Source: an uncultured Desulfobacter sp.
GTDB lineage: Bacteria > Desulfobacterota > Desulfobacteria > Desulfobacterales > UBA2156
DNA length: 37,387 nt
Assembly: GCA_964608375.1 (NCBI GenBank)
Contig: CAZSON010000002.1
Location: 1 to 37,387, forward strand
Reading direction: 5' to 3'
Shown here: in pieces, positions 1 through 8,824 of the stretch
How positions within the stretch are numbered: the first letter of the stretch is position 1
Layout: every line of letters begins with the position of its first letter
Program-made: the position numbers and the translations under genes
Notes under the pieces: generated by a model
Database searches by the model: none
What the model was told of the DNA's origin: nothing
Seen by the model: the letters and a program-made list of their open reading frames with translations, nothing else

Positions 1-520
1 GAAAGACAATCCCTTTTTCTCTGCATATGGCAGACAGTTCTGAAATCGGTTCAATTGTTCCAATTTCGTTGTTAGCATGCATTACCGATACCAGAATCGT
101 TTGAGGGGTTATTGCCTTTTCCAGACGCGCTGGGTCTACCAAGCCGTATTCGTCCACTTTAAGGAAAGTCACCTCAAAATCCATTCGCTCGAAGAATCGA
201 GCGGAGTTGAGAACCGAGTGGTGTTCAATGGCAGAGATGATGATATGCTTTCCTTTTTTCTGCCTGGCAAAAGCGACGCCCTTGATCGCAAGATTGTTGG
301 CTTCAGCTCCAGATGAGGTGAAAATTATTTCTTCGGCATTTGCACCAATGAGCTTTGCTATCTTCTGCCGCTGCTCCTCCATAACCTCCTTAACGTTTGA
401 ACCGATGTCATAGACCATAGAAGGATTCCCAAAATACTGATCAAAATAAGGAAGCATGGCTGCGATGACTTCTCTTCTCACCGGTGTGGCTGAGGCATGA
501 TCCAAATAAACCTGCTTCAT
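1..520 (-). CDS. nifS: Cysteine desulfurase (NifS/IscS family), N-terminal ~173 aa only; the gene continues past the window start
   Basis: Absent from the ORF track because it runs off the edge. My reverse-strand translation from ATG at 518-520 gives MKQVYLDHASATPVRREVIAAMLPYFDQYFGNPSSMVYDIGSNVKEVMEEQRQKIAKLIGANAEEIIFTSSGAEANNLAIKGVAFARQKKGKHIIISAIEHHSVLNS..., a canonical NifS/IscS N-terminus. AAGGAG Shine-Dalgarno (complement of 527-532) lies 6 nt upstream. Confidence 0.85.
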   Translation of the reverse strand, partial: MKQVYLDHASATPVRREVIAAMLPYFDQYFGNPSMVYDIGSNVKEVMEEQRQKIAKLIGANAEEIIFTSSGAEANNLAIKGVAFARQKKGKHIIISAIEHHSVLNSARFFERMDFEVTFLKVDEYGLVDPARLEKAITPQTILVSVMHANNEIGTIEPISELSAICREKGIVF

Positions 521-531
521 ATCGAGCTCCT

Positions 532-780
532 TCATTTAACCTTCCGAATATAGAGTTTGTAACAATCCTCGTCTTCCTCTACACCGATAAATTCCTGGCC
601 ACACTTTTCGCACCACTTAGGAATATCTTCCAGAGCGCCGTCATAATCGGTCAGCACTTCCAAGATCTGTCCCTTTTTTAGGCACTTTAGCTTGTCACCC
701 GGTTCCAGGAGATGGAGAGGACACATACGGCATACCAGGTCTAAAGTGGCATCAGCTGACTGTTTATCAACAAATTTCAT
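532..780 (-). CDS. tusA: TusA/SirA-like sulfur carrier protein (82 aa)
   Basis: MKFVDKQSADATLDLVCRMCPLHLL... carries the TusA-type Cys-Pro active-site loop, with matching size and fold pattern. I prefer the ATG at 780 over the track start at 807, because 780 sits 2 nt after the cysE stop with an AAGGGGA SD. The gene lies between cysE and nifS. Confidence 0.7.
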   Translation of the reverse strand: MKFVDKQSADATLDLVCRMCPLHLLEPGDKLKCLKKGQILEVLTDYDGALEDIPKWCEKCGQEFIGVEEDEDCYKLYIRKVK

Positions 781-782
781 TT

Positions 783-1802
783 TTATTCCCCTTTTTTTCC
801 ATGACACCTCTTTTGATGAGCCGATTTCAAACCGCCCGATCGACTATGATTCCCGATGTAGACCAGTTCCGGCTTTTTTAACACCACTTTCGTGTCCTGG
901 GGGACGCTTTCCGTAATCCATACATTTCCACCGATAATCGATCTGGCGCCTATTATCGCCTTCGCACCTAACAAAGTCGCATTTGAATAGATAATCACAT
1001 CATCCCCAATGGTGGGATGCCGCTTCTGGTTCCTGAATTGATCGATCTCGTCCGCCGGAAGGGATAAAGCGCCCAGGGTCACGCCCTGGTAGATCCTCAC
1101 CCGGTTTCCGATTTCCGTGGTTTCTCCTACGACCACACCGGTACCATGATCGATAAAAAAGCGTTGCCCGATTGTTGCACCAGGATGAATATCAATACCG
1201 GTGCGACTATGGGCATATTCGGTCATCATTCGCGGCAAAAGTGGCACCTTCATTTCATAGAGGTTATGCGCCATACGGTAAACGGAAATGGCGAACAGCC
1301 CGGGATAGCTGAAAATAATTTCATCATAGCTCTTTGCCGCAGGATCTCCCGCATAGGCCGCATCAATGTCTCCTGCCAGCATCGCCTTTAAATCAGGGAG
1401 TGATTGGATAAATTGAAACGCGGTTTTATGACTCGTTTCCAAACATTTCGAGCAGGGCATATCCAAACGGAGGCACTCATGCTGAATAGACAGAACAATC
1501 TGTTGTGAAAGCCGATTAAAAAGGGCCATCGCCTCCTGACACAAAAAAGGCTCTAAATTGATCGGGTCCATCCGGGTTTGGATGAAATATCCCGGAAAGA
1601 TCAGGCGTCTGGCCTGTTGGATGATCTCAATGACCGAGGTCTGAGACGCAATCGGTGTAATGTCCACGTGTTCGAAAGACAGGGCTTTTTCTTCAGAAGG
1701 GCCCAACAGCTGCTGAACGGTAGTTGGGACTGTTTCATAAAACCGGGTTACGGTTTCGCTATCCCTTTTAATTTGCTTTGATTTTAAAGATGGAACGGTC
1801 AT
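783..1802 (-). CDS. cysE: Serine O-acetyltransferase, long form with N-terminal extension
   Basis: DPAAKSYDEIIFSYPGLFAISVYRMAH..., GIDIHPGATIGQRFFIDHGTGVVVGETTEIGNRVRIYQGVTLG and a hexapeptide-repeat C-terminus are classic CysE motifs. Confidence 0.9.
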   Translation of the reverse strand: MTVPSLKSKQIKRDSETVTRFYETVPTTVQQLLGPSEEKALSFEHVDITPIASQTSVIEIIQQARRLIFPGYFIQTRMDPINLEPFLCQEAMALFNRLSQQIVLSIQHECLRLDMPCSKCLETSHKTAFQFIQSLPDLKAMLAGDIDAAYAGDPAAKSYDEIIFSYPGLFAISVYRMAHNLYEMKVPLLPRMMTEYAHSRTGIDIHPGATIGQRFFIDHGTGVVVGETTEIGNRVRIYQGVTLGALSLPADEIDQFRNQKRHPTIGDDVIIYSNATLLGAKAIIGARSIIGGNVWITESVPQDTKVVLKKPELVYIGNHSRSGGLKSAHQKRCHGKKGE

Positions 1803-1882
1803 TTTCAGCTACCCTCTTAATTTTTAATAAAATGTTGAAACCGCCAAATCGACTTTCAAACCGATTTGACCCTTGCAGATTA

Positions 1883-1911
1883 ATAATACCACAATGTAGT
1901 ATGAATGTCAA
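1883..1911 (-). promoter_or_regulatory. Sigma70-type promoter for cysE-tusA-nifS
   Basis: Minus strand reads TTGACA (complement of 1906-1911), a 17-nt spacer, then TGgTATTAT (extended -10; hexamer is the complement of 1883-1888). It lies about 80 nt upstream of the cysE ATG. Confidence 0.6.
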
Positions 1912-2041
1912 CCGGTTGAGCTTAAATGCCGGGCATATTCTCCATCAGATTTCCTGCGCGTGGTCACACTTTCCATCCATCCGGGCAACCAAAATGAATC
2001 GTTCTGATCGGATGTTTTTTTATGCGGTTAAAAAACAACAG

Positions 2042-3145
2042 TTAACCTGATCGGATGGCCCGTTCAATATAGCCACCACCAAGTACGGTATCTCCACTGT
2101 AAAAGACTGCTGACTGTCCAGGCGCTACCGACATCTGAGGGGTGTCAAATACTATTTTAGCCTTATCGTTTCCATGTGGAAACAGCGTTGCCGGAATCTC
2201 TTTATGGTTCAACCGGATCTTTGCATCTATCCGGTGTTGTCGGTCAAGCCGATCGATAGCCACCAGGTTAAGGTCCTTTGCGATCAACCCTTTGCAAAAA
2301 AGACTCTCCCTGTTACCAACAACGATCCGGTTGTTTTCAGCATCAATTTTCGTCACATAGAGCGGCCGGTCCGATGCAATCCCCAGCCCCCTACGCTGCC
2401 CGATGGTGTAATGGATGATCCCTCTATGCCGTCCCAGGAGATTTCCATCTTCATCCACTACATCGCCATCCTTTGTCTCCTCCTCCCTGAAAAGAGCCGC
2501 ATAGTCTTTGCCAGCAATAAAATCCTGACTTTCCGCCCGGTCGGCTGTTTCAAGTTCCATAGATCGTGCCATTTTTCTAACCTCCGCCTTGGTGTAATCG
2601 CCAAGGGGAAAGAGGGCGCGGGAAAGCTGATTTTCAGTTAACCGATAAAGAAAATAGGTCTGGTCTTTTGACCGGTCTTCAGCCTTTTTAAGCAGCACCT
2701 TTCTGCCGGTTTTTTCCAGCTTTGCATAGTGCCCGGTGGCAAAAAACTGAAAACCCAATCCTTTTTCCATCGCCTTTGCCAAAAGAAAGCCGAATTTTAT
2801 TATTTGGTTGCATACCACGCAGGGATTCGGTGTTCTCCCCATGAGATACTCACGCTTGAAATATCCGATAACATGCTTTCTGTACGCTTCTCTCAGGTCA
2901 AACGTGTAATATGAAATGTCTAGTTTTTTACAGACCTGTGCAGCCGCTTCAACATCCTCTGTTTCCCCCGGACCATAACATCCGTGTCTTCCGATCTCCT
3001 TGAGTTGCCCAGGACCATCAAATATCTCCATGGTGACACCGACCAGGTCATAGCCTTTTTCTTTGAGCAGTGCCGCAGCGACCGAAGAATCAACCCCTCC
3101 GCTAAGCCCGACGGCAACTTTTATTTTGTCATGCGGTGTTACCAT
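2042..3145 (-). CDS. mnmA: tRNA-specific 2-thiouridylase MnmA
   Basis: PP-loop KVAVGLSGGVDSSVAAALL, RTPNPCVVCNQIIKF and DQTYFLY motifs. Start chosen at the internal ATG (MVTPHDKIKVAV) 1 nt after the upstream gene stop; the track start 3202 overlaps that gene. Confidence 0.9.
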   Translation of the reverse strand: MVTPHDKIKVAVGLSGGVDSSVAAALLKEKGYDLVGVTMEIFDGPGQLKEIGRHGCYGPGETEDVEAAAQVCKKLDISYYTFDLREAYRKHVIGYFKREYLMGRTPNPCVVCNQIIKFGFLLAKAMEKGLGFQFFATGHYAKLEKTGRKVLLKKAEDRSKDQTYFLYRLTENQLSRALFPLGDYTKAEVRKMARSMELETADRAESQDFIAGKDYAALFREEETKDGDVVDEDGNLLGRHRGIIHYTIGQRRGLGIASDRPLYVTKIDAENNRIVVGNRESLFCKGLIAKDLNLVAIDRLDRQHRIDAKIRLNHKEIPATLFPHGNDKAKIVFDTPQMSVAPGQSAVFYSGDTVLGGGYIERAIRSG

Positions 3146-3146
3146 C

Positions 3147-4142
3147 TTAAAACGCATCCAGAAACATGGTTTTTTTCTCTCCCCCATGCCGGTGGGTAAC
3201 ACGGGCGGTATTCCGAACAGATGATGTGGTATATGCTGCCAATTTCCCGAGTGCAGTCTTTAAATCGCTTCCCTGAAGAATCACGGTGGGACCGGAAAAA
3301 TCAAATGGAACAAAGAGATGATCACTCTCTTTCCAAAGATTCCTCAACACATTGCATTCATTTTCATCGCGTGCGACAATCACCTTGTCGCCGCTTTCCA
3401 GTCGAAAATGCCTTCCTGTCTTAAGAAGGGGGATATCTCCCATGGATGGGTTTTTTGTGAACATAAAATAATCACGTATTCGCTCTGCAAAATTTTTGTC
3501 GGTCAAAAGACAACCGCCTGCCGGGCAGGGATAATCACGGATACCCTTCTCAGCGGCGAGCGAAATCTGAGTTTTCCTTGACCGCCCGGTAATCGCCAAC
3601 AATTTATTCCTATCGACCCACCCTTGACGTTCCGGAACTGTCGGTTCAAAATGTGCGGCCGAGAGGGGTCGTAAAAGATACTCCGGGAAGCCGGATTCCG
3701 CTGCGATCATCTCCATCGCACGCTTGTGTTGAGACATGGGACGCTGGCCAAGGACTTCACCGGTAAACATAAAATCCGCCCCTATTTTTTGCATGTATTC
3801 ACCGGCTTTTATTATTTTTATGATCCTGCAGTCGATACACGGATTCATCTGGGACCCATACCCGTGTTTCGGATGCTTCACCATATCCAGATATTCATCT
3901 CTCAACGCGATTTGCTTAAGCGATACGCCGCCCAGTCCTTTTACGGCCGTGACAGCCGCTGCACATCCTGCTTTTTTTGGTGTACAGGTGCAAAAGGGGG
4001 AGGTAAAGTTGACGGCACACACCTCAATCCCCTGCTCCAGCATGAGTTTGGCGGCAAGCGTGCTGTCGAGTCCACCGGACAATAGACCGACCGCTTTTGT
4101 CATTATTTTTGTCGCGTGCATCGACAATAGTCCTTTCACCAC
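3147..4142 (-). CDS. PP-loop ATPase, ThiI/MnmA-related (putative tRNA or cofactor thiolation enzyme)
   Basis: AVGLLSGGLDSTLAAKLMLEQG PP-loop (SGGxDS), NPCIDCRI and PCPAGGCLLTD cysteine motifs. Start is ambiguous: GTG 4142 or 4139 overlaps the upstream TGA, and ATG alternatives exist at 4121 and 4103. Confidence 0.65.
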   Translation of the reverse strand: MVKGLLSMHATKIMTKAVGLLSGGLDSTLAAKLMLEQGIEVCAVNFTSPFCTCTPKKAGCAAAVTAVKGLGGVSLKQIALRDEYLDMVKHPKHGYGSQMNPCIDCRIIKIIKAGEYMQKIGADFMFTGEVLGQRPMSQHKRAMEMIAAESGFPEYLLRPLSAAHFEPTVPERQGWVDRNKLLAITGRSRKTQISLAAEKGIRDYPCPAGGCLLTDKNFAERIRDYFMFTKNPSMGDIPLLKTGRHFRLESGDKVIVARDENECNVLRNLWKESDHLFVPFDFSGPTVILQGSDLKTALGKLAAYTTSSVRNTARVTHRHGGEKKTMFLDAF

Positions 4143-4888
4143 TCGAATCCGATGAAGACCGTCGGCCCCTTAAACGTGAGATCGACATCCAGGGGAAGGC
4201 TTTTCTCTTTGGCATCAATATTGATTTGTCGATAACCGGCGCCGATATGGAATCGAGATGCAAATCTGGCCAACACAGATACCTGAAATTCAAGATAATC
4301 GGCCTCAACATCACTAATCTCCCAGGTACCGCCCAGCAGGGAAGCGCGCAACCTTAAAAATGAAAAAGGATCGCTCTCGACAAAGCCGCCAAAAAACAAC
4401 ATGCCGGAATCAACATCCGCTCTTTCGGACCCGTTTCGAGCAGAAGCGGCTTTTGCCTCGATGGCGAAATATTCCCCTCCAATCATCAATCCGCCGTGAA
4501 ATGCTTCAGGACCGAGGTTAAAACGGTAAAGACCTTGCATCACGGTCATTTCGATGGAACTTGAAATATTTTCATTTATGTTAAATATCTTATCCCCGAA
4601 ATGAATTGTACGATCGATTGCATTACTTGCGGAAGCGTCCAGCTTGAATATGGATAGGCCAAACTGATGGGTGTTACCGATAATAAAGCGGATGCCTGGA
4701 ACCGTTTCAGTGTCTCCGTACCCAAAATCATTCTCAAGGTCTATCTTTTCCCCTTCGAGCCCATCGATGCCGACCGAAGCCTGACCTTCGGGCTTCATCA
4801 ACCAGAAAAATCCCTCTACCTCCCCTAAAGCCCAGGCCGGGACTGCGGAAAACATCCAGATAACACAAATAGTCATTATTTTAAGCAT
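4136..4888 (-). CDS. Outer-membrane beta-barrel protein (porin/OMP-like), unknown specificity
   Basis: N-terminal signal peptide MLKIMTICVIWMFSAVPAWA, alternating amphipathic beta-strand pattern, and a C-terminal aromatic residue (…VFIGFEW) typical of BAM substrates. Confidence 0.6.
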   Translation of the reverse strand: MLKIMTICVIWMFSAVPAWALGEVEGFFWLMKPEGQASVGIDGLEGEKIDLENDFGYGDTETVPGIRFIIGNTHQFGLSIFKLDASASNAIDRTIHFGDKIFNINENISSSIEMTVMQGLYRFNLGPEAFHGGLMIGGEYFAIEAKAASARNGSERADVDSGMLFFGGFVESDPFSFLRLRASLLGGTWEISDVEADYLEFQVSVLARFASRFHIGAGYRQINIDAKEKSLPLDVDLTFKGPTVFIGFEW

Positions 4889-4911
4889 GTTATATTTTCC
4901 TTCTTTAAAAC

Positions 4912-6198
4912 TCAGCGTTTCCTTTTATCGATCGGGATATACTTCATTTTTTTGGGCCCGATGTAAATCTGGCGGGGTCGGCTGAGCTTCCAGTTGGGGT
5001 CATCTGCACTCTCCTTCCACTGGGCGATCCACCCCGGAAGGCGACCGATAGCAAACATGACCGTAAACATATTGCTAGGTATGCCGATGGCGCGGAGAAG
5101 AATGCCGCTATAAAAATCGACGTTTGGATAAAGATTATGTGAAATAAAATAATCGTCCGTCGATACAACCTCTTCCAGTTCCTGTGCGATGTGGAGCAGA
5201 GGGTCTTGTACATTGAGTTTTTTCAGGATGTTACCACAAGTCTTTTTCATAATCTTGGCACGGGGATCATAGGTTTTGTACACCCGATGACCAAAACCCA
5301 TCAGTCGAAAGGGATCCTTTTTGTCCTTTGCCTTTTCTACCGCTCGAGACACATTGCCGCCTTTTTCCGCAATGTCGGAAAACATTTCGATAACCGCCTG
5401 GTTGGCGCCTCCGTGCAGGGGACCCCACAGGGCTGCAATGCCGGCAGAAATGGCAGCATAAAGATTAACCCGCCCGCTTCCCACCAACCTCACCGCTGAA
5501 GTTGAACAGTTCTGTTCATGATCGGCGTGTAAAATCCAAAAAGTGTTCAGGGCCCGGACAAGCTCCTTATCGATAATATAGGGTTTGACAGGATTGTCGA
5601 ACATCATATTCAGAAAGTTTGCACAATATGAAAGGTCAAAACGTGGATAGATTACTTTATGCCCCCTGGAAATTCTATAAGACATGGCAGCAAGAGTGCG
5701 GATTTTTGAAATCAAACGAGTCACCGTAATGTTGATCTCCTCCTCCACGGTCTGAAGCTCTGGATAAAAGCTCTTCAATGCGTTGACCATCGACGAGAGA
5801 ATCCCCATGGGATGGGAACCTCTCGGAAAATTTTGAAAGAAAAACTGCATGTCCTCATGCATCATCGATTGATCATTCAGAAGAACAGAGAAGCGGCGCA
5901 ATTCATTTCGAGTTGGTAAGACACCATTGATCAAGAGATATGCCGTCTCTGTAAACGTGGATCGCTCGGCGAGTTGCTCAATCGGAATTCCACGGTATCG
6001 AAGTATGCCCTTTTCACCATCCACAAAGGTGATGGCGCTGGAGCAGCTCCCTGTATTGGGAAATCCTGGATCAAACGTGATCAATCCGGTCTCTTGCCGC
6101 AATGAAGTAATGTCGATAGCCTTCTCATTTTCCGTGCTGGTGATTAGGGGCAGCTGATAAGTTTTTTTCCCATGAACAAGTTTTACATATTCACTCAT
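4912..6198 (-). CDS. gltA: Citrate synthase
   Basis: 428 aa with GFGHRVYKTYDPRA, LHADHEQNCSTS and GPLHGGANQ signature motifs. Confidence 0.92.
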   Translation of the reverse strand: MSEYVKLVHGKKTYQLPLITSTENEKAIDITSLRQETGLITFDPGFPNTGSCSSAITFVDGEKGILRYRGIPIEQLAERSTFTETAYLLINGVLPTRNELRRFSVLLNDQSMMHEDMQFFFQNFPRGSHPMGILSSMVNALKSFYPELQTVEEEINITVTRLISKIRTLAAMSYRISRGHKVIYPRFDLSYCANFLNMMFDNPVKPYIIDKELVRALNTFWILHADHEQNCSTSAVRLVGSGRVNLYAAISAGIAALWGPLHGGANQAVIEMFSDIAEKGGNVSRAVEKAKDKKDPFRLMGFGHRVYKTYDPRAKIMKKTCGNILKKLNVQDPLLHIAQELEEVVSTDDYFISHNLYPNVDFYSGILLRAIGIPSNMFTVMFAIGRLPGWIAQWKESADDPNWKLSRPRQIYIGPKKMKYIPIDKRKR

Positions 6199-6382
6199 AT
6201 TTTACCTCATATTGCATCGGATGCTCAATTTTTTAGGGAACGGTTTTTATTCAGAGATGGATCTGATCCCGAAAAATCTTTTTATATGCCATAAATCTTA
6301 AAAAAAGTCAATACAAATGACCACTTTATTAAAGAGCCCTGTAGTTCTCTTTTTATCTTGCAATAATTTTTCTCTCTCCCCC

Positions 6383-6409
6383 TTGACATCCGGTAACGTA
6401 TTGTATATT
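6383..6409 (+). promoter_or_regulatory. Candidate sigma70 promoter for the DUF882 gene
   Basis: TTGACA at 6383-6388 and TATATT at 6404-6409 (15-nt spacer, slightly short), about 45 nt upstream of the ATG at 6453. Confidence 0.4.
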
Positions 6410-6452
6410 AGAACTTTAAAAAATTTTCGACATATGAACACAAACCAAAATA

Positions 6453-6998
6453 ATGCAATGTAATCGTCGTTATTTCCTCAAATTCGGAATCTTTTCTGCG
6501 ATAGCTTCTTTCCAGCCGGCTCTCGCATTTGCATATGCAAAGCGGTCTTTGCCTTCCCGCAGATCGCTTTCCTTTTATAATACGCAAACTACCGAACGCC
6601 TTTTTGTCAACTATTATCGTAAAGGAAAGTATCAACCGAATGCACTGGAAGAGATTAATTATATCATGCGCGATCGCCGTACCGGAGAGATCAAGACGAT
6701 AGATATCCGGCTCCTTGACCTGCTTTGTGCCATTTCATTGAAACTCAATACACGTTCACCCTTTCATATTATTTCGGGATACCGATCGCCGTCCACAAAT
6801 GCCATGTTGCGCAGGAAAAATCGGCGGGTGGCTAAACATAGCCTGCATATAAAAGGAATGGCGGTTGATATCCGTCTGCCGAAGATCAAAACCGCTTTAT
6901 TGCGGAGGGTAAGCGTGAAGCTGAAGCAGGGGGGAGTGGGATATTACAGAAGGTCAAATTTTGTGCATGTCGATGTCGGCCGAGTACGGTACTGGTGA
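6453..6998 (+). CDS. DUF882 / peptidase M15A family protein, YcbK(MepK)-like murein endopeptidase, Tat-exported
   Basis: Twin-arginine signal MQCNRRYFLKFGIFSAIASFQPALAFA. ISGYRSPSTN, HSLHIKGMAVD and FVHVDVG match the YcbK/DUF882 zinc-peptidase pattern (H…D…H). Confidence 0.8.
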   Translation: MQCNRRYFLKFGIFSAIASFQPALAFAYAKRSLPSRRSLSFYNTQTTERLFVNYYRKGKYQPNALEEINYIMRDRRTGEIKTIDIRLLDLLCAISLKLNTRSPFHIISGYRSPSTNAMLRRKNRRVAKHSLHIKGMAVDIRLPKIKTALLRRVSVKLKQGGVGYYRRSNFVHVDVGRVRYW

Positions 6999-7040
6999 TC
7001 CCCAAACCGAGGTGTAAATCTTAAGTTGATAAATAAACTT

Positions 7041-8753
7041 TCACGGCCTTGGCGGTCTTTCCGCCAGCGCTTTATCAAGAGGCCTGTCACGGTCGTAAAT
7101 ATCATCTCTAAAATGAATTTCCCCTGTTTTATCCACCCAGGCAGTCCAATAGAGCAAATGAACGTTGAGCGGATTTGAAATTCCAATTGATCTTGTTTTA
7201 CCGCGATCAACTGCAGCCATAATCTTTTCTTTTGTCCAATTTGGATCATCTTTTAGCAAATAGACCGCAAGCTTCACCGGTTTTTCAGCACGGATGCAGC
7301 CGGAGCTGAAGCTTCGGATGTTCTTTTGAAATAATTCCTTACCCGGCGTATCGTGAAGGTATACGGAAAATCTATTCGGAAACATAAATTTTAAACGTCC
7401 GAGGGCATTTTGAGGCCCTGGTTTCTGAACCAGTCTATATCGAAAGCCCCTGCGGTTTACTTTCGACCAGTCTATAGACCTTGGATCTATCGATGGTGCG
7501 CCGGTTTGCCAGTTTGCATATACTGTCATATTATGAAGAGACAGATAGTTGTGGTTTTCACGAAGTTTTGGGAGAATGTCCTTCACGGCGATACTCATCG
7601 GGACATTCCAAAATGGATTAAGTACAATGTATTTCATTTTTGAGCTAAAAACAGGTGTGCGCCGGTAAGTTCTCCCTACAACAACGCGCATATCCATTAC
7701 GGTTTCCCCATGTTCAATGAGGCTTAATTTAAAGTCCGCAATGTTGACCAGGATATAACGCTGGCCGAGGTTTCGGGGAATCCAGCGCCAACGTTCCATG
7801 TTCAATTCGATCTGTCGTGCGCGCGCTTTTGCCGGAACATTTAGAGCAGCCCTGGTTTCCGGCCCGACAATGCCGTCACTTTTTAAACCGTATATTTCTT
7901 GGACGCCACGGACGACTTCGTCCAGTTGTTCGTCAAAAATCTGACCATTTTCCTCTGCCATAGATTTTGAGTCATCGAAAAACAACAGTCGTTTACGCAG
8001 TTTTTCGACACGCTCTCCCCGATCTCCTATTTTCAGACTCGATCCAGAAGCGAGATGCGGCCAGCCGCCATTTTTTGCAATTTTTCGGTAACGTATCAGC
8101 ATCTGTCCGAGTCCGGTATACCCTGGATGAGAAGGCTTGAGTTTGTCTAAAGTTTTTCTTATTTGATTCGTATCGAGCGCGGCCTGAAGAATATCGACCA
8201 GATTTACTTCGTGGGTAAAGACAAACCATCCGGTATGGATCGTTTCGGGGTTGACCCGACCCGCCAGCAGGTGAGAACTGTACATAAGAAAAGAATCCGT
8301 AAGAAGTAGATCGAAGTCTGCCATATCTTTCGCAGAAGGCGGTATTTTCTTTAAATGTCTCTCCTCCGCCTCAGCGAGTAACGCTTTAATTTTGGCCAGA
8401 TGATAATCCTCAGGGTTCAGTCCCTCCTGGTCAGCCACCTGGATCGCCGCAATCAGCGCTTTTGCTTGTGAAGAAAATTCCTTATCTGAAATCCACGCGG
8501 GTTTAAAATCTCTTTGGCGATAAAACCGGGGAATGACTGAAATGCCGCAAATAATTTCGCCCTGACAGACAAACTTTTTTTTGCGATCGGCGGACCCGAC
8601 CCCGCTGCGCAAGTGGGCAGTGATTGTCTCAGAGAGGGTTTCGGTCGCCCAAACCGGCCAGGTCGTTGTCTGATGGAGAAAGATAATAAAAAGACCCCAT
8701 AGAAATAATAAAAACGTCGCACGTGTCTTCGAAAATTTTTGTTTTTCTCTCAT
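7041..8753 (-). CDS. L,D-transpeptidase, YcbB/LdtD family (PG-binding domain plus YkuD catalytic domain)
   Basis: 570 aa with a signal peptide and a peptidoglycan-binding-like segment (LKSDGIVGPETRAALN). YkuD-type catalytic region YLHDTP…FSSGCIRAEKP has the conserved His and Cys. Confidence 0.85.
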   Translation of the reverse strand: MREKQKFSKTRATFLLFLWGLFIIFLHQTTTWPVWATETLSETITAHLRSGVGSADRKKKFVCQGEIICGISVIPRFYRQRDFKPAWISDKEFSSQAKALIAAIQVADQEGLNPEDYHLAKIKALLAEAEERHLKKIPPSAKDMADFDLLLTDSFLMYSSHLLAGRVNPETIHTGWFVFTHEVNLVDILQAALDTNQIRKTLDKLKPSHPGYTGLGQMLIRYRKIAKNGGWPHLASGSSLKIGDRGERVEKLRKRLLFFDDSKSMAEENGQIFDEQLDEVVRGVQEIYGLKSDGIVGPETRAALNVPAKARARQIELNMERWRWIPRNLGQRYILVNIADFKLSLIEHGETVMDMRVVVGRTYRRTPVFSSKMKYIVLNPFWNVPMSIAVKDILPKLRENHNYLSLHNMTVYANWQTGAPSIDPRSIDWSKVNRRGFRYRLVQKPGPQNALGRLKFMFPNRFSVYLHDTPGKELFQKNIRSFSSGCIRAEKPVKLAVYLLKDDPNWTKEKIMAAVDRGKTRSIGISNPLNVHLLYWTAWVDKTGEIHFRDDIYDRDRPLDKALAERPPRP

Positions 8754-8824
8754 TCGGTTATATCTTCAGCTTAGGTTCGCCCCCAACTGCAAGGGCAAAT
8801 AGAAGCTCCTGGGTCATAGATCCA

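Noticed and set aside
781-807. The N-terminal extension of the TusA-like ORF (MSWKKRGIK).
   Set aside because: It overlaps the cysE 3' end. The ATG at 780 directly follows the cysE stop, has an SD, and gives a typical TusA length.
2174-2641. Long antisense ORFs inside well-supported genes. Examples are 2174-2641 and 3736-4155; 24251-24742; 31471-31989; 33627-34067 and 34067-34411.
   Set aside because: Each lies entirely within, and opposite to, a gene with strong family motifs. All lack recognisable motifs and are shadow ORFs.
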